Assembly (NCBI GenBank): GCA_050049995.1
Contig: JASFVE010000014.1
Coordinates: 1 to 30,934 of the forward strand
Length of the DNA: 30,934 nt
Direction: 5' to 3'
DNA from: Chlamydiota bacterium
GTDB taxonomy: Bacteria; Chlamydiota; Chlamydiia; Chlamydiales; SM23-39
The notes beneath the pieces were generated by a model. That model worked only from the letters and a program-made list of their open reading frames with translations. It ran no database searches and was not told the origin of the DNA. Shown here one piece after another: positions 8,901 through 18,399 of the stretch. A program made the translations under genes and the position numbers. The stretch's first letter is position 1; the number at the start of each line of letters is the position of its first letter.

Positions 8901-9540
8901 AAGAATTCTATATTTTGGACTTTCTATAGAGAACTTTAGCGATAAAAACTCAGCGGTGCATTATCCTTTGATAAAAATTGTGCCTCGTAAAAATATAAAG
9001 CGTAGTTTATTGGAAGTAGAGAAATTCTCTCATATTATTTTTACTTCACAGACTACCGTTGATATTTTTTTCTCCCATATTTCAAAAATACAACATCCTC
9101 AATGTATATCTATTGGTCCTCATACAAAAAAAGCTCTTTTAAAAAAGGGAATCTTTAGTGAGTGTCCTCAAGGGTATACGCAAGAAGGGATCATTCAATA
9201 CTTAAAAACTTGTTCTTTAAAAAATAGCTATATATTTCTTCCTCGCTCCTCATTGGCAAGAAAAAAAATAGACAGGTTTTTATCTGAAAACAACGTCAAA
9301 TTTGCGACTCTCGCATTGTATGACACAAAGTTTTACAAACCTAATGGGAAAATAAACTTTCAAGATTTTGAAGAATTTGTTTTCACAAGTCCTTCAACGG
9401 TAGATTCTTTTTTTCACTTTTTTCAGGAAATCCCACCACATATTAAGGTTAGGCATATTGGCCCTATTACTAAAGCTGCATATGAGAGCAGGCTTGAGAA
9501 AAACCGAGTTGAGGTCTATGATGACCTCAAAACTAACTAG
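8884..9540 (+). CDS. hemD: Uroporphyrinogen-III synthase
   Basis: HYPLI, IIFTS, IGP.T, LYDT, FTSPSTV, IGPIT motifs; directly follows hemC. The TTG start is uncertain. Confidence 0.85.
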   Translation: MKKSTKRILYFGLSIENFSDKNSAVHYPLIKIVPRKNIKRSLLEVEKFSHIIFTSQTTVDIFFSHISKIQHPQCISIGPHTKKALLKKGIFSECPQGYTQEGIIQYLKTCSLKNSYIFLPRSSLARKKIDRFLSENNVKFATLALYDTKFYKPNGKINFQDFEEFVFTSPSTVDSFFHFFQEIPPHIKVRHIGPITKAAYESRLEKNRVEVYDDLKTN

Positions 9541-9553
9541 GAGTTTAATTGGT

Positions 9554-10168
9554 ATGGCACAACAAACAAACTATCAACTTCCAGATCTTCCTTATGATTA
9601 TAGCGCATTAGAGCCAGTGATTAGCGCAGAGATTATGGAACTTCATCATGATAAGCACCATAAAGGATATGTCAATAAGCTCAATGAAGCTTTAGAAAAA
9701 TACCATGAAGCGGAAACTAAAAATAATGTATCCGATATGATAGCCCTTCAGTCTGCTATTAAATTTAATGGTGGTGGACACATTAACCATAGTATTTTTT
9801 GGACTATTTTAGCTCCTGAAAAAGAAGGGGGAGAAGGACCTTCTGGAAAACTTCTGCAAGCAATCGAAAAAGACTTTGGAGACTTAAGCTCTTTTCAAGA
9901 GAAATTTAATACAAAAACTTCAGGCATTCAAGGTTCAGGGTGGGGATGGCTCGGTTACAATAAGGCTACAAAAGAGCTGGAAATTGCTACTTGCGCTAAC
10001 CAAGATCCTTTAAGTACAAAAGGCTTGATTCCTATTTTAGGTGTTGATGTATGGGAGCATGCCTACTACTTACAATATAAAAACGTAAGACCTGATTATG
10101 TAAAAGCTATTTGGAAGATTTTCAACTGGAAAGAAATCGAAAAAAGATTTGAGCAAGCATCTTCTTAA
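9554..10168 (+). CDS. sodA: Superoxide dismutase, probably Mn type
   Basis: [45 protein letters not shown]. Start moved to ATG 9554, which follows AGGAG. Confidence 0.96.
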   Translation: MAQQTNYQLPDLPYDYSALEPVISAEIMELHHDKHHKGYVNKLNEALEKYHEAETKNNVSDMIALQSAIKFNGGGHINHSIFWTILAPEKEGGEGPSGKLLQAIEKDFGDLSSFQEKFNTKTSGIQGSGWGWLGYNKATKELEIATCANQDPLSTKGLIPILGVDVWEHAYYLQYKNVRPDYVKAIWKIFNWKEIEKRFEQASS

Positions 10169-10174
10169 AAATAA

Positions 10175-10691
10175 CTAAGCTTTTTTACAGTATTGATAAT
10201 ACTGATTTTGATAATGAGAGATGGCACTTGTTTTATTTTTTCCAATAGTGCCATTTCTTACCATTTCTTGGTGCAAAGCTTGACAAGCTGATTCTTTGTC
10301 ATCTTTGTGGGCTAAAAATATTTCTAGATAATTAGGGTTTTTAATATAGCTTTGAAGGTTTAAGTCACATGCTATTTTACATTTTGTGAACATAGCTTCA
10401 GACTCTACTTGTAAAATTGTGCTTGCATATTGATGAGCTCTTTCCTTAGTTGGAGTTTCATCATGTAAAAAAGTCTCAAAGATTTTGGTAAATTTTTCTT
10501 TTTATAGCATCCGTATTTGCATTCGAGTCATTTAATGTGTCGCCGCAATATTTAAAACCTAATTTAGCTACTCGATCAATTAATTCGCACAATAGATCTG
10601 ATGTTTTACTTTTTTCAGCAAGGGCTTTGGCAAAGACTCCCATTCGGCCTGCTACCTGAGTGCTAGAAAAGAAAAAATTACAAAAAGTCAT
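10175..10691 (-). pseudogene. Orphan gene split by a single-base frameshift (171 aa if joined)
   Basis: The downstream frame is open from 10501 to 10175 and overlaps the upstream ORF, which ends at 10476. Deleting one A in ATAAAAAGAAAAATTT joins them as ...TDAIKEKFTKIFETFLHDE... Confidence 0.65.
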
Positions 10692-10901
10692 ATTATTAAT
10701 TACATTAAATTAAATTAAAATATATTATAATGTGTTTTTGTTGTTTATTTTAAATATTAAAAAAATAATTTGTTAAGCTAATTAATTAGATATTTTAATA
10801 AGTTCTTGGCTTTTAACAGTTTAAATTTTTTATGGTTTTTCAAGGGTTTCCGAAATTGGCTTTTAAGGTATAATTGCATGAAAAAAAATATTTGGTGAAG
10901 T

Positions 10902-11804
10902 ATGGGGTTATTTTCAAAAAGTAAGCCGAAAATTAAAGTTCAGTCGACTAAGAAAGATGGGTTTAGCGGGTGGATTAAGTGTAGTGGATGTAAAGAGCTT
11001 ATACATGCAAACGAGTTACAAGGAAATATTAACTGTTGTCCGAAGTGTGGTTTTCATTACCGAATTACAGTAAAGCAAAGGATTTCTCTTTTAGCAGACA
11101 AGGATTCTTTTCAATGTCTTTTCGATGATATAAGACCAGTTGATGCTCTACAATTTGAGGATACAGAGAAGTATCCTGAAAGATTGAAAAAAGCTACAGA
11201 AAAATCACATAACAACGAAGCTATTACTGTAGGTGTTTGTGAAATTAATAAAAGAGATGTAGCTCTAGGTGTGTTGGATTTTTCTTTTATGGGCGGATCT
11301 ATGGGATCTGTTGTCGGCGAAAGGATTACTTTGTTAATCGAGCATGCCTTAGAGAAAAAAATACCCTTGATTTTAGTATCTGCATCAGGTGGTGCCCGTA
11401 TGCAAGAGTCTATTCTTTCTTTAATGCAAATGGCGAAGACATCAGCTGCTTTGGCGAAGCTATCAGATGCAAAAATTCCTTATATTTCAGTTTTGACCAA
11501 TCCCACAATGGGGGGAGTAACGGCCTCTTTTGCTTCTTTAGGAGATATAGTGGTGGCTGAGCCAGATGCTTTAATCGGGTTTGCAGGTCCTAGGGTAGTA
11601 GAACAAATTACTAAGCAAAAGCTGCCTGACAAAGCTCAAAAATCGGAGTTCTTGCTTGAGCATGGGATGATCGACTGTATTTTTAAAAGAGAAGATCTTA
11701 AAGAAAAAATTTCACAACTGCTAGACTTTATGATGCCTGTTAATTTTCTTGCAGAAAATGCTGATGAGAGATTACAACAGCTTATAAAAATGGCAAAAAA
11801 ATGA
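10902..11804 (+). CDS. accD: Acetyl-CoA carboxylase carboxyltransferase beta subunit
   Basis: W.KC..C...CPKC zinc finger, [36 protein letters not shown]. Confidence 0.97.
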   Translation: MGLFSKSKPKIKVQSTKKDGFSGWIKCSGCKELIHANELQGNINCCPKCGFHYRITVKQRISLLADKDSFQCLFDDIRPVDALQFEDTEKYPERLKKATEKSHNNEAITVGVCEINKRDVALGVLDFSFMGGSMGSVVGERITLLIEHALEKKIPLILVSASGGARMQESILSLMQMAKTSAALAKLSDAKIPYISVLTNPTMGGVTASFASLGDIVVAEPDALIGFAGPRVVEQITKQKLPDKAQKSEFLLEHGMIDCIFKREDLKEKISQLLDFMMPVNFLAENADERLQQLIKMAKK

Positions 11805-12244
11805 AAAAAGAGACAGTTATCTTACAAGCTGAAAAAGAAGAACTACTTCCTGTTTATGCCTCATCTGGAGCATCAGGGGCTGATTTGAAAGCTAATATTG
11901 AACAAGATGTCATTATTCCACCTAAAGGATTCAAGCTTATCCCTACAGGCGTTAAAGTGGAAATTCCAGTAGGTTTTGAAATTCAAGTAAGACCCCGTAG
12001 TGGTCTTGCCTTTAAATCAGGAATAACCGTGTTAAACACTCCCGGAACTATTGATGCTGATTATAGGGGAGATATTGGCGTAATTTTAATTAACTTATCT
12101 GATAAAGAGTTTACTGTAACTCCTTTTATGCGCATTGCTCAAATGGTTTTAGCTCCGGTTTATCAAGCTGAATTTATTTTACAAAACGAGCTCTCTTCTA
12201 CTGAGAGAGGCAGAGGTGGGTTTGGCCATACTGGCACGCATTAA
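11801..12244 (+). CDS. dut: dUTP diphosphatase
   Basis: [38 protein letters not shown]. Confidence 0.97.
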   Translation: MKKETVILQAEKEELLPVYASSGASGADLKANIEQDVIIPPKGFKLIPTGVKVEIPVGFEIQVRPRSGLAFKSGITVLNTPGTIDADYRGDIGVILINLSDKEFTVTPFMRIAQMVLAPVYQAEFILQNELSSTERGRGGFGHTGTH

Positions 12245-12290
12245 CTCTCAGATCACTGATCTTCTTACCAAAAATAAGAAAAAGGATGCT

Positions 12291-12740
12291 GTGAAAATAT
12301 TCAATTATATTGATTTAGAAAATATCTTATTTCTTTCCGAAGAAAAAAGAGATGATGCTCTTCAAACTCTGGTAGAAAGTCTTTCAGCGTCTGGGAAACT
12401 AAAAAATAAATCTGATTTTTTTAATGCTATTTTAGAAAGAGAAAAGATCGTATCGACAGGTATCGGGATGGGAGTTGCGATTCCCCATGCTAAAATGGAA
12501 GATTATCAAGACTTTTTTATTGCGATAGGGATACAACAACAAAAAGGATTAGAGTGGAACTCACTGGATCACCTTCCAGTGAAATTGATTTTCATGATAG
12601 GTGGCCCTGAAGATAAGCAAACACAATATTTGCAAATACTTTCTAAACTAACTCTAGTTATACGAAATGAACAGTTGAGAAAACAAATTATTTATACGAA
12701 TTCTTCTCAAGAAATCATCGATCTTTTTAAAGATTATTGA
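12291..12740 (+). CDS. ptsN: PTS EIIA (Ntr/Fru-type) protein
   Basis: ERE..STGIG.GVAIPHA phospho-His motif, W..LD..PV.LIF. Start moved to GTG 12291, which follows AAGGA. Confidence 0.88.
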   Translation: MKIFNYIDLENILFLSEEKRDDALQTLVESLSASGKLKNKSDFFNAILEREKIVSTGIGMGVAIPHAKMEDYQDFFIAIGIQQQKGLEWNSLDHLPVKLIFMIGGPEDKQTQYLQILSKLTLVIRNEQLRKQIIYTNSSQEIIDLFKDY

Positions 12741-12804
12741 ATTATTTAAAGAAATTACTTACTTTTCTACTCTTTAGACCAAAATGTCTTCAAGGGAGAA
12801 TACC

Positions 12805-13524
12805 ATGGACCTCAAAATAAAAGATTTAGCAGAGCTCCTAAATGTGTCAGAGACAACGATTAGGAGATGGCTTGCTGAAGGGAAAATTCCAGCTTATAGG
12901 TTAAACCATCAATTTCGCTTTTCAAGAAGTGAGATTGAAGACTGGGTAATGAGTTGTAGGATGAATAAAAATGCAGACAAAGTTCATCCTGATGTTTCCA
13001 TTCAGTCAGATACGATGAAAAATATCGTCGCGAAGTCAGGAACAAGACAGTTTAGCTTATATAGGGCTCTTCACCACGGAGAGGTTTTAAATGATGTTTT
13101 AGGCAGCGAAAAAGAGCAGGTTATTCGCGGCTCAGTAAAAAAAATAGCACAATCTATGAATTTAGATGGAGATGTTCTTTCTGAGCTGTTAATGGATAGA
13201 GAAAGGCTAATGCCCACCTCTTTAAATTATGGCATTGCAGTTCCGCATACTCGAGATTTTCTTTTACAGGAGACTAATGACGTTGTAACAGTTGTCTATC
13301 CTCAAGAGCCTATTGAATATGGTGCATTAGATAACCAGCCTGTACATACTTTATTCTTTTTATTTGCTTGTGAAGATAAAAGGCATTTGCATCTTTTAGC
13401 AAAACTAGCTCACTTTGCTAGCGATGAAAAATGCAGGGAATTCCTTCTAACCAAGCCCAAAAAGACAGAACTGCTTAAGTTCATTAAGGAATTTGAGTCT
13501 AAAATACCTGCTTTAGCAACTTAA
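12805..13524 (+). CDS. ptsN: Excisionase-like HTH fused to a PTS EIIA domain
   Basis: N-terminal [18 protein letters not shown]...IPAYR....RF HTH; C-terminal DRE...TSL..GIAVPH, HL.LLA.LA. Start moved to ATG 12805, which follows GGAG. Confidence 0.88.
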   Translation: MDLKIKDLAELLNVSETTIRRWLAEGKIPAYRLNHQFRFSRSEIEDWVMSCRMNKNADKVHPDVSIQSDTMKNIVAKSGTRQFSLYRALHHGEVLNDVLGSEKEQVIRGSVKKIAQSMNLDGDVLSELLMDRERLMPTSLNYGIAVPHTRDFLLQETNDVVTVVYPQEPIEYGALDNQPVHTLFFLFACEDKRHLHLLAKLAHFASDEKCREFLLTKPKKTELLKFIKEFESKIPALAT

Positions 13525-16007
13525 ACAGGTACTTTTGCTTCCTGATCAATAAAACGTAGCTCACCATCAACTACAGTTATAAGGAAATCTTTTCCTTGGG
13601 TAGGGCTACGAAGCAATGTTTCAGCAAGTGGATCTTCTAAGTACTGTTCAATCACTCTTCTTATAGGTCTTGCACCCATTTCAGGTTGATAACCTTTATC
13701 CACAAGGAATGAGGCAGCTTTTTCATCAAGAGTGATGTGAATGTTCTTTTCTTCTACTCTTGTTTTTAATTTATTAAACTCAAGTTGGATTACTTTCTCT
13801 AAGGATTCTTTATCGAGAGGTTTAAAGATAACGAGATCATCCAAACGGTTTAAAAATTCAGGTTTAAAGTGCTTTTTAGAAGCGCCCATGATTTTTTCTT
13901 GAATAGAGTTATAATCAAGGCTCTCTTTGGCTCCAAAACCTACTTCCGTAGACTTTTTAATTAAGTCAGCTCCAAGGTTAGAAGTCATGATGATGATAGT
14001 ATTTCTAAAGTCTACTTTCCTTCCTAAAGAGTCGGTGAGCCTTCCTTCTTCCAGAATTTGAAGTAAAAGGTTCATAACGTCCGGATGAGCTTTTTCTACT
14101 TCATCAAATAAAACTACACTATAAGGCCTTCTTCGAACCCTTTCAGTTAATTGGCCGCCTTCTTCATAGCCAACATAGCCTGGAGGAGATCCTGTCATTC
14201 GCGAAATAGCGAATTTTTCCATGTACTCAGACATGTCAACTTGAATAAGCGCATCTTCTCCACCAAACATATGAAGAGCAAGCTGCCTTGCTAATAATGT
14301 TTTACCAACTCCAGTAGGCCCTAAGAATAAAAAGGCTCCAATAGGTCTATTAGGATCTTTAATATCAGCCCGAGATCGGCGGATAGCTTTGCAGACTTTT
14401 TTAATAGAATCATTTTGTCCTATTACTTTGTCCTTTAAAAGAGAGTCTAAGTTGAGAACTTTTTCTGTTTCTCCTTGTGTAATGCGGCTTACTGGAATGC
14501 CAGTTTGCTTAGCTACAATATTAGCAATATCTTCTTCATCAACTATAACTTGCTCTTGACTCTCATTTTTTTTGCTTTGTTCTTGCAGTGCAGCCAACTG
14601 ATCCAATAATTTTTTCTCTTTGTCTCTAAGTCGTGCAGCTTTTTCATACTCCTGATTACCAATAGAGTCTTCTTTGGATTTTTTTATAGCTTCAATTTCT
14701 TGTTCCATTTTCAGAAGCTCTGGTGGTTGGTGTAGACTTAAAACACGCGCTTTAGCGCCTGCTTCATCCATAAGGTCTATTGCTTTATCTGGTAGAAATC
14801 GAGCGGGGATATAACGATCAGACAAATAGACCGCCTTTCGAATTGCTTCTTCTGTGTAAGAGCATTTATGATGGTCTTCATATTTTGTTTTAAGACCTTG
14901 TAGAATTGCTTCACTATCTTCTAAAGAAGGTGGAGCAACTAGAATTTTTTGAAATCGCCTTTCTAGGGCAGCGTCTTTTTCAATATGCTTACGGTACTCA
15001 TCTTGAGTAGTAGCTCCAATACACTGGATTTCACCTCTAGATAATGCAGGTTTTAAAATGTTGGAAGCATCAATGGCTCCTTCTGCAGCACCTGCACCCA
15101 CGATCGTATGGATTTCATCAATGAACAATAAAATATTGCCGTTTTTTCTAATTTCATCCATGACCGCTTTAATTCTTTCTTCAAATTGACCACGATATTT
15201 GGTTCCTGCGATCATAAGAGTAAGATCCAAAGAAATTAGCTTTTTATTGCGTAAGTTTTCAGGGACTTCTCCTTTAACAATGGCCTGAGCTAGCCCTTCT
15301 ACAATAGCCGTTTTCCCAACGCCAGCTTCTCCGATAAGAACTGGGTTATTCTTTCTTCTACGGCAGAGAATTAAAATAAGTCTTTCTACTTCATCTTTTC
15401 TTCCAATAACGGGGTCCATTTTTCCTTCTCTAACCATGTCCGTGAGGTCGTGCCCATACGCTCTAAGAGCTGGCATTTTCTCGCTGCCTGTGCTGGATGG
15501 AACCCTTTCTTGTTGTCTTGGCTGTGAGCCCGGAGTAGATCCTACTCCCATAGGAGGGAGTTGAAGGTTAAATGTTTCTAACTCTTTTAGTACTTCCTTA
15601 CGTACTTCTTTTAGATTAATGTTGAGATTTTCTAAGACTTGGGCAGCAACACCATCATTTTGTCTCAAAAGAGCTAAGAGTAGGTGTTCGGTTCCTACAT
15701 AATTGTGGTTTAAATTAGCGGCCTCTTCATTTGCAAACTCAAATACTTTCTTTACTTTTCCGGTTAAGGCTGGATCGCCATATACTTGAATCTCTGGGCC
15801 ATAGCCGACAATTCTTTCAATTTCAGCTCGGACTGTTTCATAGTCCAAGTTTAAATTTCTTAAGACGTTAACAGCGATCCCTTGTCCTAGCTTCATTAGT
15901 CCAAGTAGAACGTGTTCAGTACCTAAGTAATTGTGGTTTAGGCGTTGAGCTTCTTTTTTCGCAAGTTTTATGACTTGCTTTGCACGATTAGTAAATTTAT
16001 CAAACAT
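13521..16007 (-). CDS. clpC: ATP-dependent Clp protease ATP-binding subunit ClpC
   Basis: Two Clp_N repeats (GTEH), two AAA+ modules ([16 protein letters not shown]), UVR-like [10 protein letters not shown], ClpP-docking VGF loop, GARP. Confidence 0.96.
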   Translation of the reverse strand: MFDKFTNRAKQVIKLAKKEAQRLNHNYLGTEHVLLGLMKLGQGIAVNVLRNLNLDYETVRAEIERIVGYGPEIQVYGDPALTGKVKKVFEFANEEAANLNHNYVGTEHLLLALLRQNDGVAAQVLENLNINLKEVRKEVLKELETFNLQLPPMGVGSTPGSQPRQQERVPSSTGSEKMPALRAYGHDLTDMVREGKMDPVIGRKDEVERLILILCRRRKNNPVLIGEAGVGKTAIVEGLAQAIVKGEVPENLRNKKLISLDLTLMIAGTKYRGQFEERIKAVMDEIRKNGNILLFIDEIHTIVGAGAAEGAIDASNILKPALSRGEIQCIGATTQDEYRKHIEKDAALERRFQKILVAPPSLEDSEAILQGLKTKYEDHHKCSYTEEAIRKAVYLSDRYIPARFLPDKAIDLMDEAGAKARVLSLHQPPELLKMEQEIEAIKKSKEDSIGNQEYEKAARLRDKEKKLLDQLAALQEQSKKNESQEQVIVDEEDIANIVAKQTGIPVSRITQGETEKVLNLDSLLKDKVIGQNDSIKKVCKAIRRSRADIKDPNRPIGAFLFLGPTGVGKTLLARQLALHMFGGEDALIQVDMSEYMEKFAISRMTGSPPGYVGYEEGGQLTERVRRRPYSVVLFDEVEKAHPDVMNLLLQILEEGRLTDSLGRKVDFRNTIIIMTSNLGADLIKKSTEVGFGAKESLDYNSIQEKIMGASKKHFKPEFLNRLDDLVIFKPLDKESLEKVIQLEFNKLKTRVEEKNIHITLDEKAASFLVDKGYQPEMGARPIRRVIEQYLEDPLAETLLRSPTQGKDFLITVVDGELRFIDQEAKVPV

Positions 16008-16154
16008 AGTCTTTTCTCTCAGATAAGGCTGCTTACATCATTTTAATTTCTTTAGATTTTTTTGTAAATTATACCATTTTTATTTTGAAATGAATCAGAA
16101 TTAATTATCGAAAAGAAACATTGATTAAAGTATCTTATCACTCTTAGGTTTTGT

Positions 16155-16883
16155 ATGTTGAAAATTATTACTTCTCGACCAGTTTCGGCCAAAAAAAATA
16201 TGGATAGAGACGCAGATCTCTTAAGTCAGCTAGATCAACACTCCGATCCTATTTTACATTTTTATGAATGGGAGTCTCCATCGATTACCTATGGATACTT
16301 CATATTGCCAAGTAAAATTTTTAATTACGAAGGTCTTGCTAAACATAATATTGATATAGCTAGAAGGCCGACAGGAGGGGGAGTTGTATTCCATATTTGG
16401 GATCTAGCCTTTTCCTTTTTAATGCCCAGGACGCATCCTTTTTTTTCCTTAAACACCTTAGAGAACTATGCATTTGTGAATAAAATTGTGCTAAAAGCGA
16501 TAAAGCAAATGCTACACAAGACAAAGATAACTCTTACTTTGGAAGATGCTCAGGTTGACTTGTCTTTGCAGAAGCATTTTTGTATGGCCAGGCCAACAAA
16601 GTATGATGTAATTTTCCAAGGGAAAAAAGTAGCAGGTGCTGCGCAAAGAAAGACTAAATTAGGTTATTTGCATCAAGGAACTATCTCATTGGCCATGCCT
16701 AATGAGAAGATTGTAAATGACGTGCTTTTAAATGAAGAGATATACAATGCAATGCTCGCAAATACCTATGCTCCCTTGAAAGCAGATGTTTCTTTAAAAG
16801 AGCTAAATGAATTGAGAGAAGATATGAAAAAGAACCTAACTCATTTTTTTAAACAAGAACTTCAAGGAGCTCTGTCTGTATGA
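16155..16883 (+). CDS. Lipoate-protein ligase/octanoyltransferase family protein (LplA/LipM/LipL-like), catalytic domain only
   Basis: NM..D..LL, RRPTGGG.VFH, D......KKVAGAAQ, LHQGTI. Confidence 0.85.
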   Translation: MLKIITSRPVSAKKNMDRDADLLSQLDQHSDPILHFYEWESPSITYGYFILPSKIFNYEGLAKHNIDIARRPTGGGVVFHIWDLAFSFLMPRTHPFFSLNTLENYAFVNKIVLKAIKQMLHKTKITLTLEDAQVDLSLQKHFCMARPTKYDVIFQGKKVAGAAQRKTKLGYLHQGTISLAMPNEKIVNDVLLNEEIYNAMLANTYAPLKADVSLKELNELREDMKKNLTHFFKQELQGALSV

Positions 16884-18388
16884 AGAATGCGATTTACCCA
16901 ACGCGTGAAGAAGATTATCCAGAATGGTATCAACAAGTCATTAAAGCTGCAGATTTAGCTGAACACTCTCCAGTTCGAGGAGCTATGGTGATCAAGCCTT
17001 GGGGGTTTAGCATTTGGGAGAATATGCAAAAGCAGCTCGATAAAATGTTTAAAGAACTTGATGTGCAAAATGCCTATTTCCCTCTTTTTATCCCTTTAAG
17101 CTTTTTAGAAAAGGAAGCTAAGCATGTAGAAGGATTTGCTACTGAGTGTGCTGTAGTGACCCATCACAGACTGCAGAAAAATAAAGATGGTAGCTTAGTT
17201 CCAGCGTCAAAATTAGATGAACCTTTAATTGTAAGACCAACTTCTGAAATGATCATCGGCTATCATTTTTCAAAGTGGATCCAGTCTTATAGGGACCTGC
17301 CTTTAAAAATTAATCAATGGGCAAATGTAGTTAGGTGGGAGATGAGGACAAGACTTTTCTTGAGAACCTCAGAAATACTTTGGCAAGAAGGCCACACAGC
17401 GCATGCAACAGACAAAGAAGCCGATGAGCAAGCAATTGCTATACTTAAGCTTTATGAAACATTTATTAGAGAATATTTAGCCATCCCTTTATTAATTGGT
17501 GAGAAAAGCGAGTCAGAAAAATTTCCTGGAGCAGAAAAGACCTATACTATGGAAGCCATGATGCAGGATAAAAAAGCTCTACAAATGGGAACATCTCACT
17601 TTCTAGGACAAAACTTTGCTAAGTCGTGTGATATTCAATTTCAAGATGAGGAAGGGGATAAAAAATATGCATGGACGACATCTTGGGGAGTCACAACCAG
17701 ATTAATCGGGGCACTTATCATGAGCCACTCTGATGATGATGGGCTTGTTTTACCTCCTAAAATAGCTGCGGTTCAGGTTGTTATTTTACCTATTATGCAT
17801 AAAGAAGAATCTAAAGATGCTGTACTGAGCTTCTGTAAAACCCTTCAAAGCGAATTAGAAGGGCTTTTCTATCATGAAAAAAAACTTAAAGTAATTTTAG
17901 ATGATAGAAATATGAGAGGGGGAGAAAAAAACTGGAGTTGGATTAAAAAAGGAGTTCCTATTCGATTAGAAATTGGACCTAAAGACATAGAAGAAAACTC
18001 TATTATGGTAATGAAAAGAAATGCTCCTGTTAAAGAAAAGCAAAAACAAACAGTACAAGCTTTTAAAGAAACAGTTTGTGACCAATTAGATGAAATACAA
18101 AAAGATTTATATGAAAAAGCTAAAGTTCAAATGGAGCAACATTTAGTTCCTATTGAAGATAAAGAAGAATTTTACCGATTTTTTTCGAATAAAAATGAAA
18201 AAAAATCCTTTTGCAACGGTTTTGCTATGAGTTATTTTTCATTAAATCCTGAATTGGAAAAATTAATTAAAGAAGAGTTGAATGTAACAGTGCGGTGTAT
18301 TCCTTTTGACTTTAAAGAAGATAAAGGAGAATGTATTTTTACTAAGAAACCAAACTCACCAAAAGTTATTTTTGCTAAGGCCTATTAA
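16880..18388 (+). CDS. proS: Proline--tRNA ligase, eukaryote/archaeal-like type
   Basis: EWY.QVI..A.LA, VRPTSE, QWANVVRWE, FLRT.E.LWQEGHT, LQ.GTSH.LGQNFAK, TSWG.TTR, C-terminal AKAY; no INS editing domain. Confidence 0.95.
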   Translation: MKNAIYPTREEDYPEWYQQVIKAADLAEHSPVRGAMVIKPWGFSIWENMQKQLDKMFKELDVQNAYFPLFIPLSFLEKEAKHVEGFATECAVVTHHRLQKNKDGSLVPASKLDEPLIVRPTSEMIIGYHFSKWIQSYRDLPLKINQWANVVRWEMRTRLFLRTSEILWQEGHTAHATDKEADEQAIAILKLYETFIREYLAIPLLIGEKSESEKFPGAEKTYTMEAMMQDKKALQMGTSHFLGQNFAKSCDIQFQDEEGDKKYAWTTSWGVTTRLIGALIMSHSDDDGLVLPPKIAAVQVVILPIMHKEESKDAVLSFCKTLQSELEGLFYHEKKLKVILDDRNMRGGEKNWSWIKKGVPIRLEIGPKDIEENSIMVMKRNAPVKEKQKQTVQAFKETVCDQLDEIQKDLYEKAKVQMEQHLVPIEDKEEFYRFFSNKNEKKSFCNGFAMSYFSLNPELEKLIKEELNVTVRCIPFDFKEDKGECIFTKKPNSPKVIFAKAY

Positions 18389-18399
18389 AGGAAAGTTTT

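Noticed and set aside
9458..9553. N-terminal extensions in the ORF track for sodA (also ptsN 12216, paralog A 21342, gcvH 29066)
   Set aside because: Downstream starts fit family N-termini, mostly have better RBSs, and for sodA and ptsN avoid long overlaps.
12805..12980. Excisionase-like HTH as evidence of a prophage or ICE
   Set aside because: It is fused to EIIA in a conserved housekeeping operon; no integrase or att site seen.
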